Shown in pieces: positions 37,600 to 50,575 of a stretch of 64,000 nucleotides of DNA. The position numbers were made by a program, and so were the translations under genes. The notes beneath the pieces were generated by a model. That model had not been told where the DNA came from and did not search any database. It was given only the letters and a program-made list of their open reading frames with translations. The stretch is from Rhizophagus irregularis. Taxonomy: Eukaryota. Location: the NCBI RefSeq assembly GCF_026210795.1, contig NC_089433.1, positions 3,782,001 through 3,846,000 of the forward strand, given 5' to 3'. How positions within the stretch are numbered: position 1 is the first letter of the stretch; each line of letters begins with the position of its first letter.

Positions 37600-39870
37600 A
37601 CACAAATTTATAAACAAAACAAAATTGTAAAAGTAAATAAACAAATAAACTAAGCTAAAAGAAGAGAAAATCTACTTCGATGGTGAAGTAGTTAAAAGTG
37701 AAACTATTTAAAACATAACCAACTACATTTTAAAATCCATAACTAACTCACTACTTCCCATACACTAGCTAATGCTTGGTAAGTTGAAGCCCACCTGCAG
37801 AAGAAAGTAATTCAACCCTATAAAATTATACAAGCTAAAAACTAAAATCTACATTGGCACTATGAAGCAAATTAGTATAAAATTCAATAATATTTTTACC
37901 AAAGTATATATAATTATGAATAATATCTAATGCATCATATTGATGATCATTATTATTTGTTCTATTAATATTATTACTAGGTAAAGGAACAAACATTTTT
38001 AAATTGCAATTTTTTTGTTTTTGTAATACCCAAAGATCAATCAAAGTCTTTCACCTAGGAAGCTAAACATTTTGCAAATATTTCTTCAAAAATAAACTGT
38101 CCCATTTGCACTAAAACACTAGTAGCATTATTTTTTTGTAGTCTGAGTTTACAAGCTGAGAAAGAGATAGTGGAATAATGCCTTTGATTAAGTCAATAAA
38201 TGTAAAGAAATTAGGATTATATGCTATTTCCATATATTAAGATTAATTAAAGTAAATATTTTTTAAAAATTTGCAAATTGTTTAAAATTAAAATCATCAT
38301 CTTGTTATTCAAAATAGTTGATATATGTTTCTAATAAATTAACAGCCCTATGAAAAAAAAAATTCTTTAAAATATACTTAAAATGTACTTATATATTTTA
38401 AAATATATCTAAAATGTACTTAAAATTTTTAAATGTACTTAAAATATACTTAAAATTGCAATTTTAAGTATATTTAAAGTATGAAATTTTATACTTAAAT
38501 TATATTTAAAATTTACTTAATTGCAATTTAAATATAATTTAAGTATAATTTAAGTACAAAATTTTACACTTTAAATATACTTAAAATTGCAATTTTAAGT
38601 ATATTTTAAGTATATTTTAAAATGTTAAGTATATTTTAGATATATTTTAAAAATATATAAGTATATTTTAAGTACATTTTAAAGAAATTTTTTTTTATAG
38701 GGCAGCTTTTTACTGATATTAAAGGTATTACATAATCATCATTATCAGAATTAAAATCTTGAATATTGTCATTATATTCCAGAAGCCATGTCAACAAATG
38801 ATTAATAGTTCTATCTCTTACTATATCTTTAATAATGTCATGATGTTCATCACATGACCACATGTGATTAAAGTTTTGTCATCCAATCCACAAAGTCATT
38901 TCTAAATTTCAAGAAATGATTTTTTCATTTAGATTGATAAATGGATCTTTGGCGCTTTAACTTTTGAGGATGAAACTGAAGTTTCATTTTTCTGTATATC
39001 ACAATTAAGACATTGAAAAGTAGAAGTCCAATCAACTTCCAAATGTCTATACTTTAAATTTTTATTTAAATTAAGAATTTTTCCATGCCTTTAAAATTAC
39101 TAACTGTTTTGATAAATGATCTTAATCAGTTTTCTGTAAGAATACCATTCCATTTAGAAAGAATTTTATTACACTTGCATTATGCTTAAAGATAATATAT
39201 CAATTTCTAATTTATCCACATAATTGTTACCATATCATCACCATGTGCAACAACTTTAAACAATTCTACATGTAGATTCAATTGTAATATATCAATCTAT
39301 TACACCTTGATTTTTATCCTTACATAAAATATTCCATAGAAAATTATTATTAGTTTTGAAATATTCTTGTGATGTTTAAATAAATCTTGATTTCTTCAAT
39401 TTGTCAAACTGTGTAATCTTTATTCTTATAATTAATATTAAAAGTATATTTTTTAATGTGATTTTTCCATTTCAGTGATAAATTTATAACATTGTCCTCT
39501 TTTCTGGTTCCTTATAATCTTCTTCAGTGCTTTGTCTTTCAGGATTCTAAATTGCGTTAACAATAACAAATAAAAAAGTGCTTTTGTACTAATATGTTCT
39601 TTATCATCTATACCAAATTTATTTATTTAAAATAAAAACATGCTTATTTACTACACTTCCAACTAATATTCAGACAAAATTCCTTTGTAAAAGTTACTTT
39701 TTCCATATCTAAATCTAGGAAAATACATTAATATAATCTATTGTTGCATATTTTATAATAAATCAGGATCTGATGAATTTATTTTTGCTATAATATGATT
39801 TTCTTAGGTATTTCTACTACCTTTGCATTTTCTAAGTATTTAATAAGATAATCACTGAAAAGCTTTCTAC
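37600..39870 (-). mobile_element. Decayed non-LTR (LINE) retrotransposon 3' portion
   Basis: Broken minus-strand frames include KVVAH (RNase H KVKAH-like), LNLNKNLKYRHLEVDWTSTF..ETS, H(M)WSCDEH, FTFIDLIKGIIP and YIYFGKNIIEFY, which resemble the C-terminal motifs of Glomeromycota LINE ORF2 as recalled, not searched. Confidence 0.6.
38346..38702. mobile_element. 357-bp AT-rich palindromic MITE with 3-bp TSD (CAG), nested in the LINE relic
   Basis: Termini ccctatgaaaaaaaaaattctttaaaat and attttaaagaaatttttttttataggg are inverted. cag flanks both sides (38343-38345 and 38703-38705). Interior is built of aaaatatactt/aagtatatttt repeats. Confidence 0.85.
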
Positions 39871-40700
39871 ATCATCTAATGGATTTTTATTTTTCCTGGC
39901 AATTGGCATAAAAAAATAACTTATTAACTTCATCCTCATTGCTGATGGTCCAGATATTTTTGTTTGTTGAAATATTTATTTTTTTTTGTTTACATCTTGC
40001 TCTATAATTATATAAAGATATACTTGAAGTAGTAGAACTTTTATCAGTTAAACTTTTATTAGTAAACAGTTGAAGTAATAGTTGTAAGTAGTAATAAAGC
40101 ACTTTATTGACTTATATTCCATTTTAATTGATCATACTGTTCTCTTAAAGTAGACTAAATTTTTTTTTAGATTCTATCAGATATAAAATCAAGATTTTAT
40201 ATCATGGGTCCAATAATGCACCCACTCGATTGTGTTGATGATAAAGAAAAACAGAAAATCTTCATTATGAAACAACAGGCTTGATGAGATTGCAGTACAA
40301 TTAGTTGTTTTTACATGTAGGTTCAAATGAATAATTTGAAACTTGAAAACAATCCACAAAATTATTATCCCCTCATCACTATACTTTTCCACTATAATAT
40401 CATGTTCACTTGTCCATGCACTATCCGGCTTTAACTCTTAAATTTAATTGGAAGTTTTTTTTGGTATTTACAATTTTTTGCTTCCTCCTCAACAACTTTC
40501 ACAACTTCCGTATCAACATCCTCAACATCATTAAAGTTCACATAATCATCAATGTTAACGTTAAAGCTATCCTCCTTTGCAAAAATATCATCATATTCGT
40601 TTATCCCCAAGTAGGAGTTACAAAAAGTTTAGTTGCATTCTCATCTTCGACATTATCATTATCGTTATCTTTTGCGACTTTGACATTTTCGCTTTCAAAA
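39870..40700 (-). mobile_element. Decayed hAT-like transposase fragment
   Basis: Acidic stretch, then GALLDP*YK (LDPRYK-like, CGA to TGA) near 40200 and a frameshifted EDEVN.YFSMPIA..NPLD near 39880-39935, resembling the start of the hAT dimerisation domain. Confidence 0.5.
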
Positions 40701-42588
40701 AGAAAATTTTGTTAAAAAATTTTTTTTGATGCATAGTCATTTTTTTTTTTTTAAAAAAAAAATAAGGTTTAAATTGTGGAAAGACAATATTTATAATTGT
40801 TTCAGAGATATGGTTAAATTAAATAATGATCTGCTATTGTAAATTACGCCAATCAATAAAGAAATTTAATTTTGATTTTGGAGTTATTGAATAAAATAAA
40901 TAGCAATGAAAATTTAATATAAAACTCATTTTATTTCTAATAACACAAAATTCTGATTACTTTTGTCGCATAAGCATAAGTATAGTAAGAACAAGCAACC
41001 TTTTTGATGTAACCGAGGCAGAAAGTTGCCAATTTTTTGACCGTACGAATTATGTAGGTATGAGCATAAATATATTAAGAATAGCGCATAAGCGTACAAT
41101 ATATAATCACACAAAATGTTACAAATCAAATTCAGCAATAAAACTTAAAAATAAAAAAATATGTATGCATTTATGAGAAGGTTTAAATTTGATTGGTTTA
41201 ATTTTGGTTTACATTACAAAAACTTTTAAAATTAAAACCAAGTAATAACCAAATTGAAAATTATCGGGAAACTTCAAATATTTGAACATGATTTAGTTTC
41301 ATACAGTCTCGAAAGTCGTCTATGAAAAATATTAAGGTGAATCAAATTAGTTATAAAAATATATTATTGAATTTGTGTTTTCATAAAAATTTAGTAAATT
41401 CTTCTTTTGAAATTGTAAAGCTTTAGTAAATAATTTTATATTGCCTTAAAAAAATACATATTTTTCACATGCAAACTAATAGAGAAGACATTTGACCAAT
41501 TATTTGTATTGTAACCTATATACGGTATATAAGGAATCCTAGTATTATTTTCTCAAACAGATAACAAAAACAAAACAAGTATTCATTTGGTAACAAAACA
41601 TATCTTTGATATTAATTGTGTAACGGTTTCTTTGGCAAAGATAAAAGCTTGCAAATTCAAAAAATGGCACCTTCAAGAGAATCTGAAAATTACATTTATG
41701 AATCAAAGTTTATGAGTTGATTATGTAATTAGAATAAATACAGATACGCTATCAAAACAAATTACTTGTAATATAAAAACATTAATAAATAAAAATATTT
41801 CTTACCAAAAATTCATCATATGATGGCTAAAGTTCCACACAAGTTGGCTTGAATTTTGCCTAAAAATAAAAGAATAATTGTCTCATGCATTATACAACCA
41901 CAAACTCATCCAACTAAACCTACCAAATATTTCATTCCAAGGGAAGGCCAAAATCAAAGTCTAAAAGCCATCCCTATAGGAAAAAAAATGAAAAAGAACG
42001 TTGGTTATGCTCACAATAAAAAACACAGCATACCCTCTGTAACCTGCCATTTCGCCGAATTCATCTAAGTTCAATTTTAAGCCCGAAGATGTTATTAAAG
42101 AAAGAAGAGCAAAGGAACGTCAGTTACGTTCCCACAGTAAAAAAATCACAACACTTCCTACCTTTTCGTCAAATTTAAGTTCCTAAGAGAAAAGGAACGT
42201 TAACAATGTACTAAAAAATCAATAAAAAAGAAAAAATTAAAGGTAAACCCATTACATTTTATTAATTCATGTGTAAAAGTGTAAGCCAGGTTATAAAAAT
42301 ATTTTTATATATCTTATTTTTTTAATAAAAATTTTTACCGTTTTACAGTATATAAAAAAAAAGATTATCAACCATTTCAGTTGATCTATTACATAGCAGT
42401 ATTTTTATATTATAACCTTTGATTATCAATGAGAGAAATAGAGGTTACATATAAACGTAAGGGAACTATTGAAAATTTCATTGTATTTATATTTTTAGGA
42501 GATAATCATTCATTTATTTATATTTAAAATTGAACCCAATACTTCAGTAAACACAAAATAAAAAGATGAAATTATTTTTAAAAGATAT

Positions 42589-44025
42589 TTAAATCCATTC
42601 AAAATGATCAAGAGAACTCCCACTCAAATTATGAACATAACTATTATCATATTTTGCAACTATTCCTTCTGCAATATACTTTTTAATTAAACCATCTAAA
42701 CTTACACTTGTTATCACTGAAATTATTTGTAATAAAATAGGTGGTCTTTCTTTCCAATTATCAAAAAAGAATTTTAAGGACTCTAAATCAATTGTATAAG
42801 AAACATTTAACCAAAATTTAAATTTGAATAACCCAATTGGTGATGAATTCATTAATACTTTGAACAAATTATCCCAATTAGACAAAAAGTCTTCATTGTC
42901 AATAATTATAACTAATCCTTTTAAATGTTGGCATCTAATTAATAAATTTTCTAATTCAAAAATATCACCACTTCTAAACATTAATTTAAGATATTTAAGA
43001 TTTGGACAATTCTGATATATAGCCTGGATAAGTTTTTTATTATCGAACTTATTATGAGCCACATAATCAATCTTGACTTCAGTAAGATATCCATTTGTAT
43101 TATTAATTAATTCTGTTAAAGCTTTAATTGGAACACGACTAGCTTTTAAATTTTCTAATAAAGGTAAGGATAAATCTTCTAAACAATTCAATACTTTTTC
43201 ATTAAAGTAATTGTCCAATTCCAAACTTTTTAGATTTACAAAAGATGAAAGAATTTTAGTGACAGGAGGTTTAGTTGTCCGAAAATGTTGAATAGTATTT
43301 GCATGTTTAACCAATGAATTTTCAAGAATTTCAAAATATAATTCACTATTTTTCTTATTAATTACCCTAAAACTGACTTTAATTACTTTTTTCTGACCTT
43401 CAATCAATTTGGCAATTTCAGTAGGATTACTTTTAGATTTTTCAATAATTAGATCCAATTCTTTAATAGATTGACAAACTTCTTTTAACCATAACAGATC
43501 ATTCTTATTTATGGCAGTACTACAATTAAGAAATTCTAGTCCTGAAAAGAGATGTTGATTCCCAGGAAGAAGATGTAATTGACAATTATATGCTTGAGGT
43601 ATATAAATGTGTGTAAACTTAATATTTCTATTAGTAAAAAGAGTGATTAATTCTTTTTTAATAATTGTTAAATGTTTTTTAAAAATATTATAAGCATTAT
43701 CAATAATTTTAAAAATTACATTTAAATTTAAGTGTTTACAAAAACTAATGTAATCAAATAAAGGTTTTTGATCCAAAGTTGTAAAAAAATTAATTCCTTG
43801 ATTCTTAAATTCGTTTTTTGATTCATTTGATAAGTGAGAAAAAATTACGTTTAATAATAATTTCTCATTTTCCGGTTTTAATTGATCCCAAGGATTTTTC
43901 CATAAAATTGGAATAATAATTTCACAAAATATTTTATTAGCTAAAAGGCATGAATAAAGTGACTTTTTATCATATTGTAATTCTTCAAATATCATATAAA
44001 AAACATCTCTATTTAATTTTGACAT
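42589..44025 (-). CDS. F-box domain / LRR-like protein, intronless (478 aa)
   Basis: N-terminal F-box-like LNRDVFYMIFEEL...SLYSCLLANK.FCEIIIPILWKNPW, then KPLFDYISFCKHL and LRR-like units (FVNLKSLEL, LPLLENLKA, CPNLKYLKL, CQHLKGLVI). Confidence 0.85.
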   Translation of the reverse strand: MSKLNRDVFYMIFEELQYDKKSLYSCLLANKIFCEIIIPILWKNPWDQLKPENEKLLLNVIFSHLSNESKNEFKNQGINFFTTLDQKPLFDYISFCKHLNLNVIFKIIDNAYNIFKKHLTIIKKELITLFTNRNIKFTHIYIPQAYNCQLHLLPGNQHLFSGLEFLNCSTAINKNDLLWLKEVCQSIKELDLIIEKSKSNPTEIAKLIEGQKKVIKVSFRVINKKNSELYFEILENSLVKHANTIQHFRTTKPPVTKILSSFVNLKSLELDNYFNEKVLNCLEDLSLPLLENLKASRVPIKALTELINNTNGYLTEVKIDYVAHNKFDNKKLIQAIYQNCPNLKYLKLMFRSGDIFELENLLIRCQHLKGLVIIIDNEDFLSNWDNLFKVLMNSSPIGLFKFKFWLNVSYTIDLESLKFFFDNWKERPPILLQIISVITSVSLDGLIKKYIAEGIVAKYDNSYVHNLSGSSLDHFEWI

Positions 44026-44743
44026 TTTTTTTTCAATTTTTTTTTTTATTAAAAAAAAAAAAAAGGAATATTTCTTTTAAAGTACGTAAAATGTATTTAA
44101 ATATTACTTTATTTGTTTTGTGGCGTGTTGTACAATGGAATTGACTAAAATGGTAACGATTACGCAGCCAATCATCATGTGATTTAGTTTCGTCTCGTGA
44201 TGAAAATCACGAATATACATACTTGAAAAATTAAATTTCCTTGTGATGTATTGTGACAGACGGATAATTATCATGAGAATATACATACATATATAAGTTT
44301 ATTTATAGAATTAAAAGTAATAAAAATTATGCGATTCAGGTGATGCACGTCAGCTGTCACCTGACGCCCTCGACTTTGAAAATAACTTCTTCAGTTTTAT
44401 ATATTCGTAAATTTATCCATTCTAAATATTTTCTATTCCATTTCTTGCATTATATATTGTATTTTTTTATAAACTTCCGAAAATCAAAAATTCCGCTGGT
44501 CCATTCTTCAATCATTCCAAAATCCAAACGGTCACAATCTCTATCTAATTTGCTAAATTTAGTTCCATTTAGATTATTTTCGAAAATTTTAGCAAGATAA
44601 ACGTATTTCTTTATTAATTTTAACGATATTCATATCTTCTGAACAACGTTACTAAAAAGGACTATTTAATCAATACTCCGTAAACCGAGCCACATGTTCA
44701 CCGTGCAATGATCTGCATGAACTTTTATATGAAGTTTCCTATA

Positions 44744-45345
44744 TCTACTGATTATAGTACACTTTGTTATAGAAAAAAAATTTATGAAAAAAAGATAAGA
44801 GAGATAAGAGATACTGAAGAACATTTGTCTATAGAAGATTATGAAATATTTCAAATTTTGAGATAAATGTAATAATGATGTTGCTAAGTTTTAAAAATTC
44901 TACATTTTTCATTTTATACATATATAGCAAAGATTTAACATTGAAATAAATTTTTTATTACAACCGCAGAACCGCTCATTTATTGATTTCATTGGCGAAA
45001 TTGTCCCTTTATGTTAGAGGTGATTATTAAAATATTTTTGAAAGACATGTCAAATATGTCATTCAAAATTATAAAAATCTACATTTGCAAAACTTCACGT
45101 AAAATAGGAACAAAAAATCCATTACTAATTTATAAAATCGATAGTCCTAATTCAAACAAAAGAACGTTTAAATATTAAGTTTCGTGTGATAGTTTAATAA
45201 AAAAACAAATATGATACTCAATCTCTCGCCACCTTAATAATCTTGCCTTTTTATTAATTTATAGTAATTATATAATCTATCATAAATATTAATACTGATT
45301 ACGCCTCAAATTATATAATATAAATTAATTGCGTCTTAAAATGAT
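44744..45345 (+). pseudogene. 3'-end relic of an H/J-like TLDc gene plus its 3' flank
   Basis: STDYSTLCY..YEKK(IR)..IRDTEEHLSIEDYEIFQILR* at 44744-44867. The following flank matches 47760-48200 (aatccattactaatttataaaatcgatagtcc). Confidence 0.8.
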
Positions 45346-45809
45346 AGTATGCTTTTTAGTCTTTTTACGGTACTTACGGTACTGAAGTTTATATTAGTGG
45401 TGCAAACTTTTAATAGTAATGCGTCTCAAGTGACGTAACATCATGGACGTAACTTTATACAGTTTTGATGACGTAATTAAAAAAAATAACTAAATAATTA
45501 AAACAAATAAAAATATTAAATAAATTGGCATATTTTTTATTATTTATATTTAATTAAAAATAATAACAATTACTGCTTCTTTTAATTAACAGCATTATTT
45601 AACATTTTTCTATATGCAATTTTCTATTAATAGTAAATAAACGAAGGATATAAATTCAAAATGATAGCATGTAAACAATTTACTATTATCTAGTATTTAA
45701 AATATCATCAACTATGTCAATAGGATTAAATTCCATATTATTAACTTCTTTATTAGTATTAGGTATATTTAGTTCTTCACGCAATCCATTTTCTCCATCC
45801 TGAAAGATT

Positions 45810-45940
45810 TCAATCAAATATTCTTGTAACTAATCAACTAATTCTTGAAGTAACAGCTCATCTGCAGCTAGTAAAATTTAAAAACTTTCTGAAGTTTCTT
45901 ACCCATTTAACGAAAAAATACTTTCGTAAATATACCTATG
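45810..45940 (-). pseudogene. Relic of a gene-I-like exon 2 start, head-to-head with gene H
   Basis: Acceptor plus YIYESIFSLNG*ETSE..ILLAADELLLQELVD*LQEYLIE matches gene I; the adjacent intron relic holds the same small inverted-repeat element. Confidence 0.75.
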
Positions 45941-45976
45941 CAAAATATTATCAAAATTATATGCTTGATATTAATT

Positions 45977-46096
45977 TAGGGATGGTAACAATGACTGGTC
46001 AATCTGGTCATGACCGTGACCGATATCTGTCGGTCAAAGTTCTTGACCGGTTATGACCGACTGATGATTGACAATGACAGGCCGTTGACATCCCAA
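45977..46096. mobile_element. Small hAT-MITE-like element (TAGGGATGG...CATCCCA)
   Basis: Inverted termini tagggatggtaac and gttgacatccca; interior has repeated tgacc(g)/cggtca motifs; homolog at 51811-51886. Confidence 0.6.
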
Positions 46097-46246
46097 TAAA
46101 ATTTTAAATAAGGTAAAATAACGCTATTCGAAACTGATCTGCGTAACACAAGCTGCATGTTGGCGTGCCTGGCCGTCAATATTTAATTTGACCATATTTG
46201 AACTAATTATAAATATCCTCATTCTTCCGTATTTTAAAGTAAAAAA

Positions 46247-47742
46247 ATGTCTACTCAATTTTTTTCGAAATTAAGTCAAAATTATATTGAATTATTAAAA
46301 GATGATGAATACTATGATATTACAATTGAAGTTGGTGAAGATCCTAACGTAAAAATATTTCGTGCTCACATGAATATTTTGTGTTACCGTTCTCCGTATT
46401 TACGACGAATTTTATCTTCTAATAAAAAGAACAACGATAACGTATTAACTCATATTAAATTACCAAATATTTCACCAGAAATATTTCAAATTATTTTAGA
46501 GTAAGTAAATTTAATATGAATTATGGTGGATAATATATTATTTCTAATATTTATTAAATTTTGTAATACAGATATATTTATGGTGGTATTCTTTCGTTGA
46601 ATGAGCATGATACTTCAGATTTTCTTAAAATTTTGGCCGCCGCAGATAACCTTCATCTTCAAGAACTAATTAATTATTTACAAAAATTTTTAATTGAAAA
46701 TAAGTCAGAGTGGATAGTACAAAATTTTGAATTTACTCAACAAATTAGTTCAACATCTAATAATTTATTATACCTTCAAGAATTTTGTACAAAATTGATG
46801 GCTCAATCTCCTGAAAAAATACTTTTGTCATTTAACTTCACATTATTACTTTCTGAAAACTCTTTAATTTCACTTATTAAAAGGGATGATTTACAAATGA
46901 AAGAGGTTGAGGTATGGGAACACGTATTAAAATGGGGACTTGCAAAGAATCCAACCCTAACTCCAGATCCTAAAACTTGGTCAGATGATGATTTCAAAAA
47001 CATGGAAAATACATTAGAACATTGTTTACCTTTAGTTAGATTTTTTAGTTTATCATCTAAAGAATTCTCACAAAAAGTTCGTCCGTACCAAAAACTCTTG
47101 AACCGGCAACTTTATGAAGACTTAGTAGACTCGTTCATGGATCCTGATAGTAAACCGAATGAAAATATTTTACTTCCTAGAAATATTAAAATTGAGAAAA
47201 TTATTGATTCAAAAATTGTTACTAATTTGAGTATTGTTAAAACTATTTCCAGGCAAATTGATAAAATGGATATCAGAAATAACTTTGCACATTTAAAAGA
47301 ATCATACAAATTTGAATTATTACTAAGAGGAAGCCGTGATGGATTTACTCCTAAAAAATTTCATGAATTATGTGACAATAAACCTAATACTGTTACTTTT
47401 ATTAAAATAAAAGGAACAGAGGAGATTATTGGTGGATACAATCCGATAATATGGAAATCTTCTGGTGGTCGGGGTGAAACTAAAGACAGTTTTATTTTTT
47501 CTTTTAAAAATAATAATGTTAAAGATTTAATTATTAGTAATGTACAAGATAAAGAACATGCAGTAATGTATCATTCTAGATTTGGACCACAATTTGGCCA
47601 TGATATTTATATATATTCTTCCACTGAATCTACTGATTATAGTACACTTTGTTATAAAAAAAAATATTATGAAAAAAAGATAAGAGATACTGAAGAATAT
47701 TTGTTTATAGGAGATTATGAAGTATTTCAAATGTTGAAATAA
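46247..47742 (+). CDS. BTB/POZ-BACK-TLDc protein, gene H (exons 46247-46500 and 46572-47742; 474 aa)
   Basis: 71-bp GT-AG intron; open frame; all family motifs present. Confidence 0.93.
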
Positions 47743-48718
47743 ATATATGTTTTAAAATTAAATAAATGTTGTTACTTGGTTTTAAAATTTGTACATTATT
47801 CATTTTATAATGCTTTACAGCGATGAAATGACGTTGCTTTTTCTTGAAATAAATTTTTATTTCATCTGATATTGGTGAAAGTATCTCTTTATCTTAGAGT
47901 GATTTTAAGAGATTTTTAATAAATTCAAAAATTATTTTGATAGATGATCGCTTATTAAGAAACGAGTTGAATCGCGAAACTCACGTAAAATAGAAATAAA
48001 AATCCATTACTAATTTATAAAATCGATAGTCCCAATTCATCTCTCGTCACTTCAATAATCCTGTAACTCTTTAACCTTTTCTTCATTTTTAATAATTATA
48101 CAACATGAAATAATCTATCATTTATCATAAATATTAATACTGATTAGTACGACTCAAACTAAATAATATAAATTAAAATTAAAATTGCGTCTTAAAATGA
48201 ATCCGTAAAAAGTATACTATGAATATTCACAGATTTCTTTAAATAGCGAAAAAAATATTTCATAGACTCCTTATACTTCAAAATCATTTATTGAAAATAC
48301 ATTTTCAAAATAACACATCTTTTTTGCATGATTAATCTTGAGCAAACGCTGTCAAACTTTGGACCGCCGTGTTAAGAGTCAAATTTACTGCATGATCTGT
48401 ACAGACTCTGGTAAAAGTAATGGCGTTTAATATAGCACATAAATTTTATAATGAAGATATGAAATCTTTTTTTTATTTTTGAGAAGAAGAGTCAAAAATA
48501 CAAATATTTTATTATTTGATAAATATTTGGTTTTACCTCTATTTGCATAAACACATGCTTCAATTTGATTTTGCATGCTATTATCACCAATAACCTCGCT
48601 ATTAATAATTATGCTATTTTGAAAATTATTTTACTCTTTTCTAAATAATTGAGAAATGGCTTGTAAAATTTTTTTCTTTTTTTGTATTACCATCTTCTTA
48701 ATATACTGCTTCAAAAAC

Positions 48719-49310
48719 TAGTGATCCGATCCTATGTCTAAAAAGCCATCCAGATTCAATCCGGTTGGCTTCAGCTGAATCCGGACGATAATCCGAATCC
48801 AAAATTCAACAGATTATCCAAACTTTCACAGATCCATCCTAGAAAATTTCATTATAATTTTTATTTGAAATTGAAATATAAACATACAAACATACAATTT
48901 AAACAAAAAAAAGTTTTGTTAAGCCCTTTTGCGGAATTTACATTTAATTTTGTATTTATTATTCTTTATCTTTAAAAATTTATAAATGTGCTGATATACT
49001 TATTAATATTTATAAATTAACTATTTAACACACTTTTTCCCGTTGAGTCTATTCTATTTATTGTTCAATAAATATGAATGTGGTTTGACTGATCTGATTA
49101 TCAATTCTTCTTGTGACGTTATTAAGATTTAAGGAAAAACTGCAACGTTGATAATCGATCTGATCATACAATTATATAATTTTTATACGGATTACAATTC
49201 GTTAATCCGGATGATCTCCCATACGGTGTACCGTTTTATTACGGATATCAGATGAGCTGGGATCTATCCGGATTTATCGGATTCAGGATTGTCAAAATAA
49301 TCCAAAGTTT
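48719..49310. mobile_element. Possible decayed non-autonomous DNA transposon with ATCCG/CGGAT subterminal motifs
   Basis: Cluster of atcc(g) motifs at 48720-48840 and mainly cggat/ggat motifs at 49188-49290. No clear TSD. Confidence 0.3.
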
Positions 49311-50219
49311 TATTATGATTTGAGATTTGGGCTTTAAAATGAGCATGAAAAACTCATTATTGAAAGACAAATTTTCATACATCATCTTAAATATTATGAA
49401 AGTTGTTATTTTACATCTCTATTATAATAATAAGATCGTCAATAACCTAAAAAATTATCTGGTAAGTCAAAAATACACATATTTTAAAATTTTCTTGATG
49501 AAAATTAAAATAATGTGAAAATGGCCATCATTTCGATTTTGGTAGTATTTCTAAGATAAAGCTTTAGTATTGACATTTAAAATAAAAATATTTAAAACTT
49601 TGGCATTTTTTATAAAAGAGGTATATATTGCTTACAGAAATGCAAAAAAATTTCCAATTCAATTAGAAAATTCTTAAAAATTTGACTCAAGAAAAAAGTT
49701 AAAACCCTCATAATAAATTTAATTATAATGGGAGATATTTTTGGTAATAAAATAAAAATAATGTTAGTATTTGGAATTACTTTTTTTCATTGTTTTTTAA
49801 ATGAGCATTCCACTGTTTAATTTAGTATAAAAAGCAATACTCTAATTGGGATAGTAATGAAGTTATGATCAAATTAAGAAGCGGTATTCTCACCGCCATT
49901 ATTTTCGCCAGAGACTATATCTTTTATATAATTAAAATTTCATTTTTGTTATAATAATTTTTTCTATTCAATTTGAAATAAGATGAAACAATACTTTTAA
50001 ACATAAATCAATAATTTAGGTTGCATTTCCAATTGAATTTATTTTTTCTGATGTGTTGATAGTTGATACAATATCGGTAGCTGATTCTTTACTTAGAAGG
50101 TTGATAGTAAACAATGTTGTTGTACTTTTTATTATTTTTTAATCAAATACCAGGATATCATATAAGACACATTTTAGTACTTCTATTTCTTTCATATACA
50201 AATCATCGATAGTTGAAAT

Positions 50220-50350
50220 TAGAACCATTAAATTTGTGCAAAAATTCAAAGTATAATATCAGTATTTTTATAAATAATCTACTACTTCTTGGAAGTTGGA
50301 ATTAAACTCATCTGCAGCCCTACTTATTCAACAAAAGAATAATACTACCA
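50220..50350 (-). pseudogene. Small BTB/BACK relic
   Basis: Pieces resembling AADE, QEVVDYL and EFLHKFNG/FCTNLMV on the minus strand. Confidence 0.45.
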
Positions 50351-50575
50351 TATTACATTAGAAATTTAAAAAGTCATAATAAATATTCAAAATTCGCTCT
50401 ATGATTTTTATTGTGAAGAGTATAGTATCTTCGGTGAAAAAAAAAAATTTATTTTTCTTGATTAGAATTTATGTGGAGCTTTCGAAAAAATTTATTATGG
50501 AAATATTCATTATATCAAAAAATTTTATTTTAACCAATTGACATCTTAAATCTAACAATATTAATAAAAGCACGC

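Noticed and set aside
41550..42070. Possible degenerate transposon-derived coding sequence (ORF 41856-42068)
   Set aside because: No diagnostic motif; too decayed to call.
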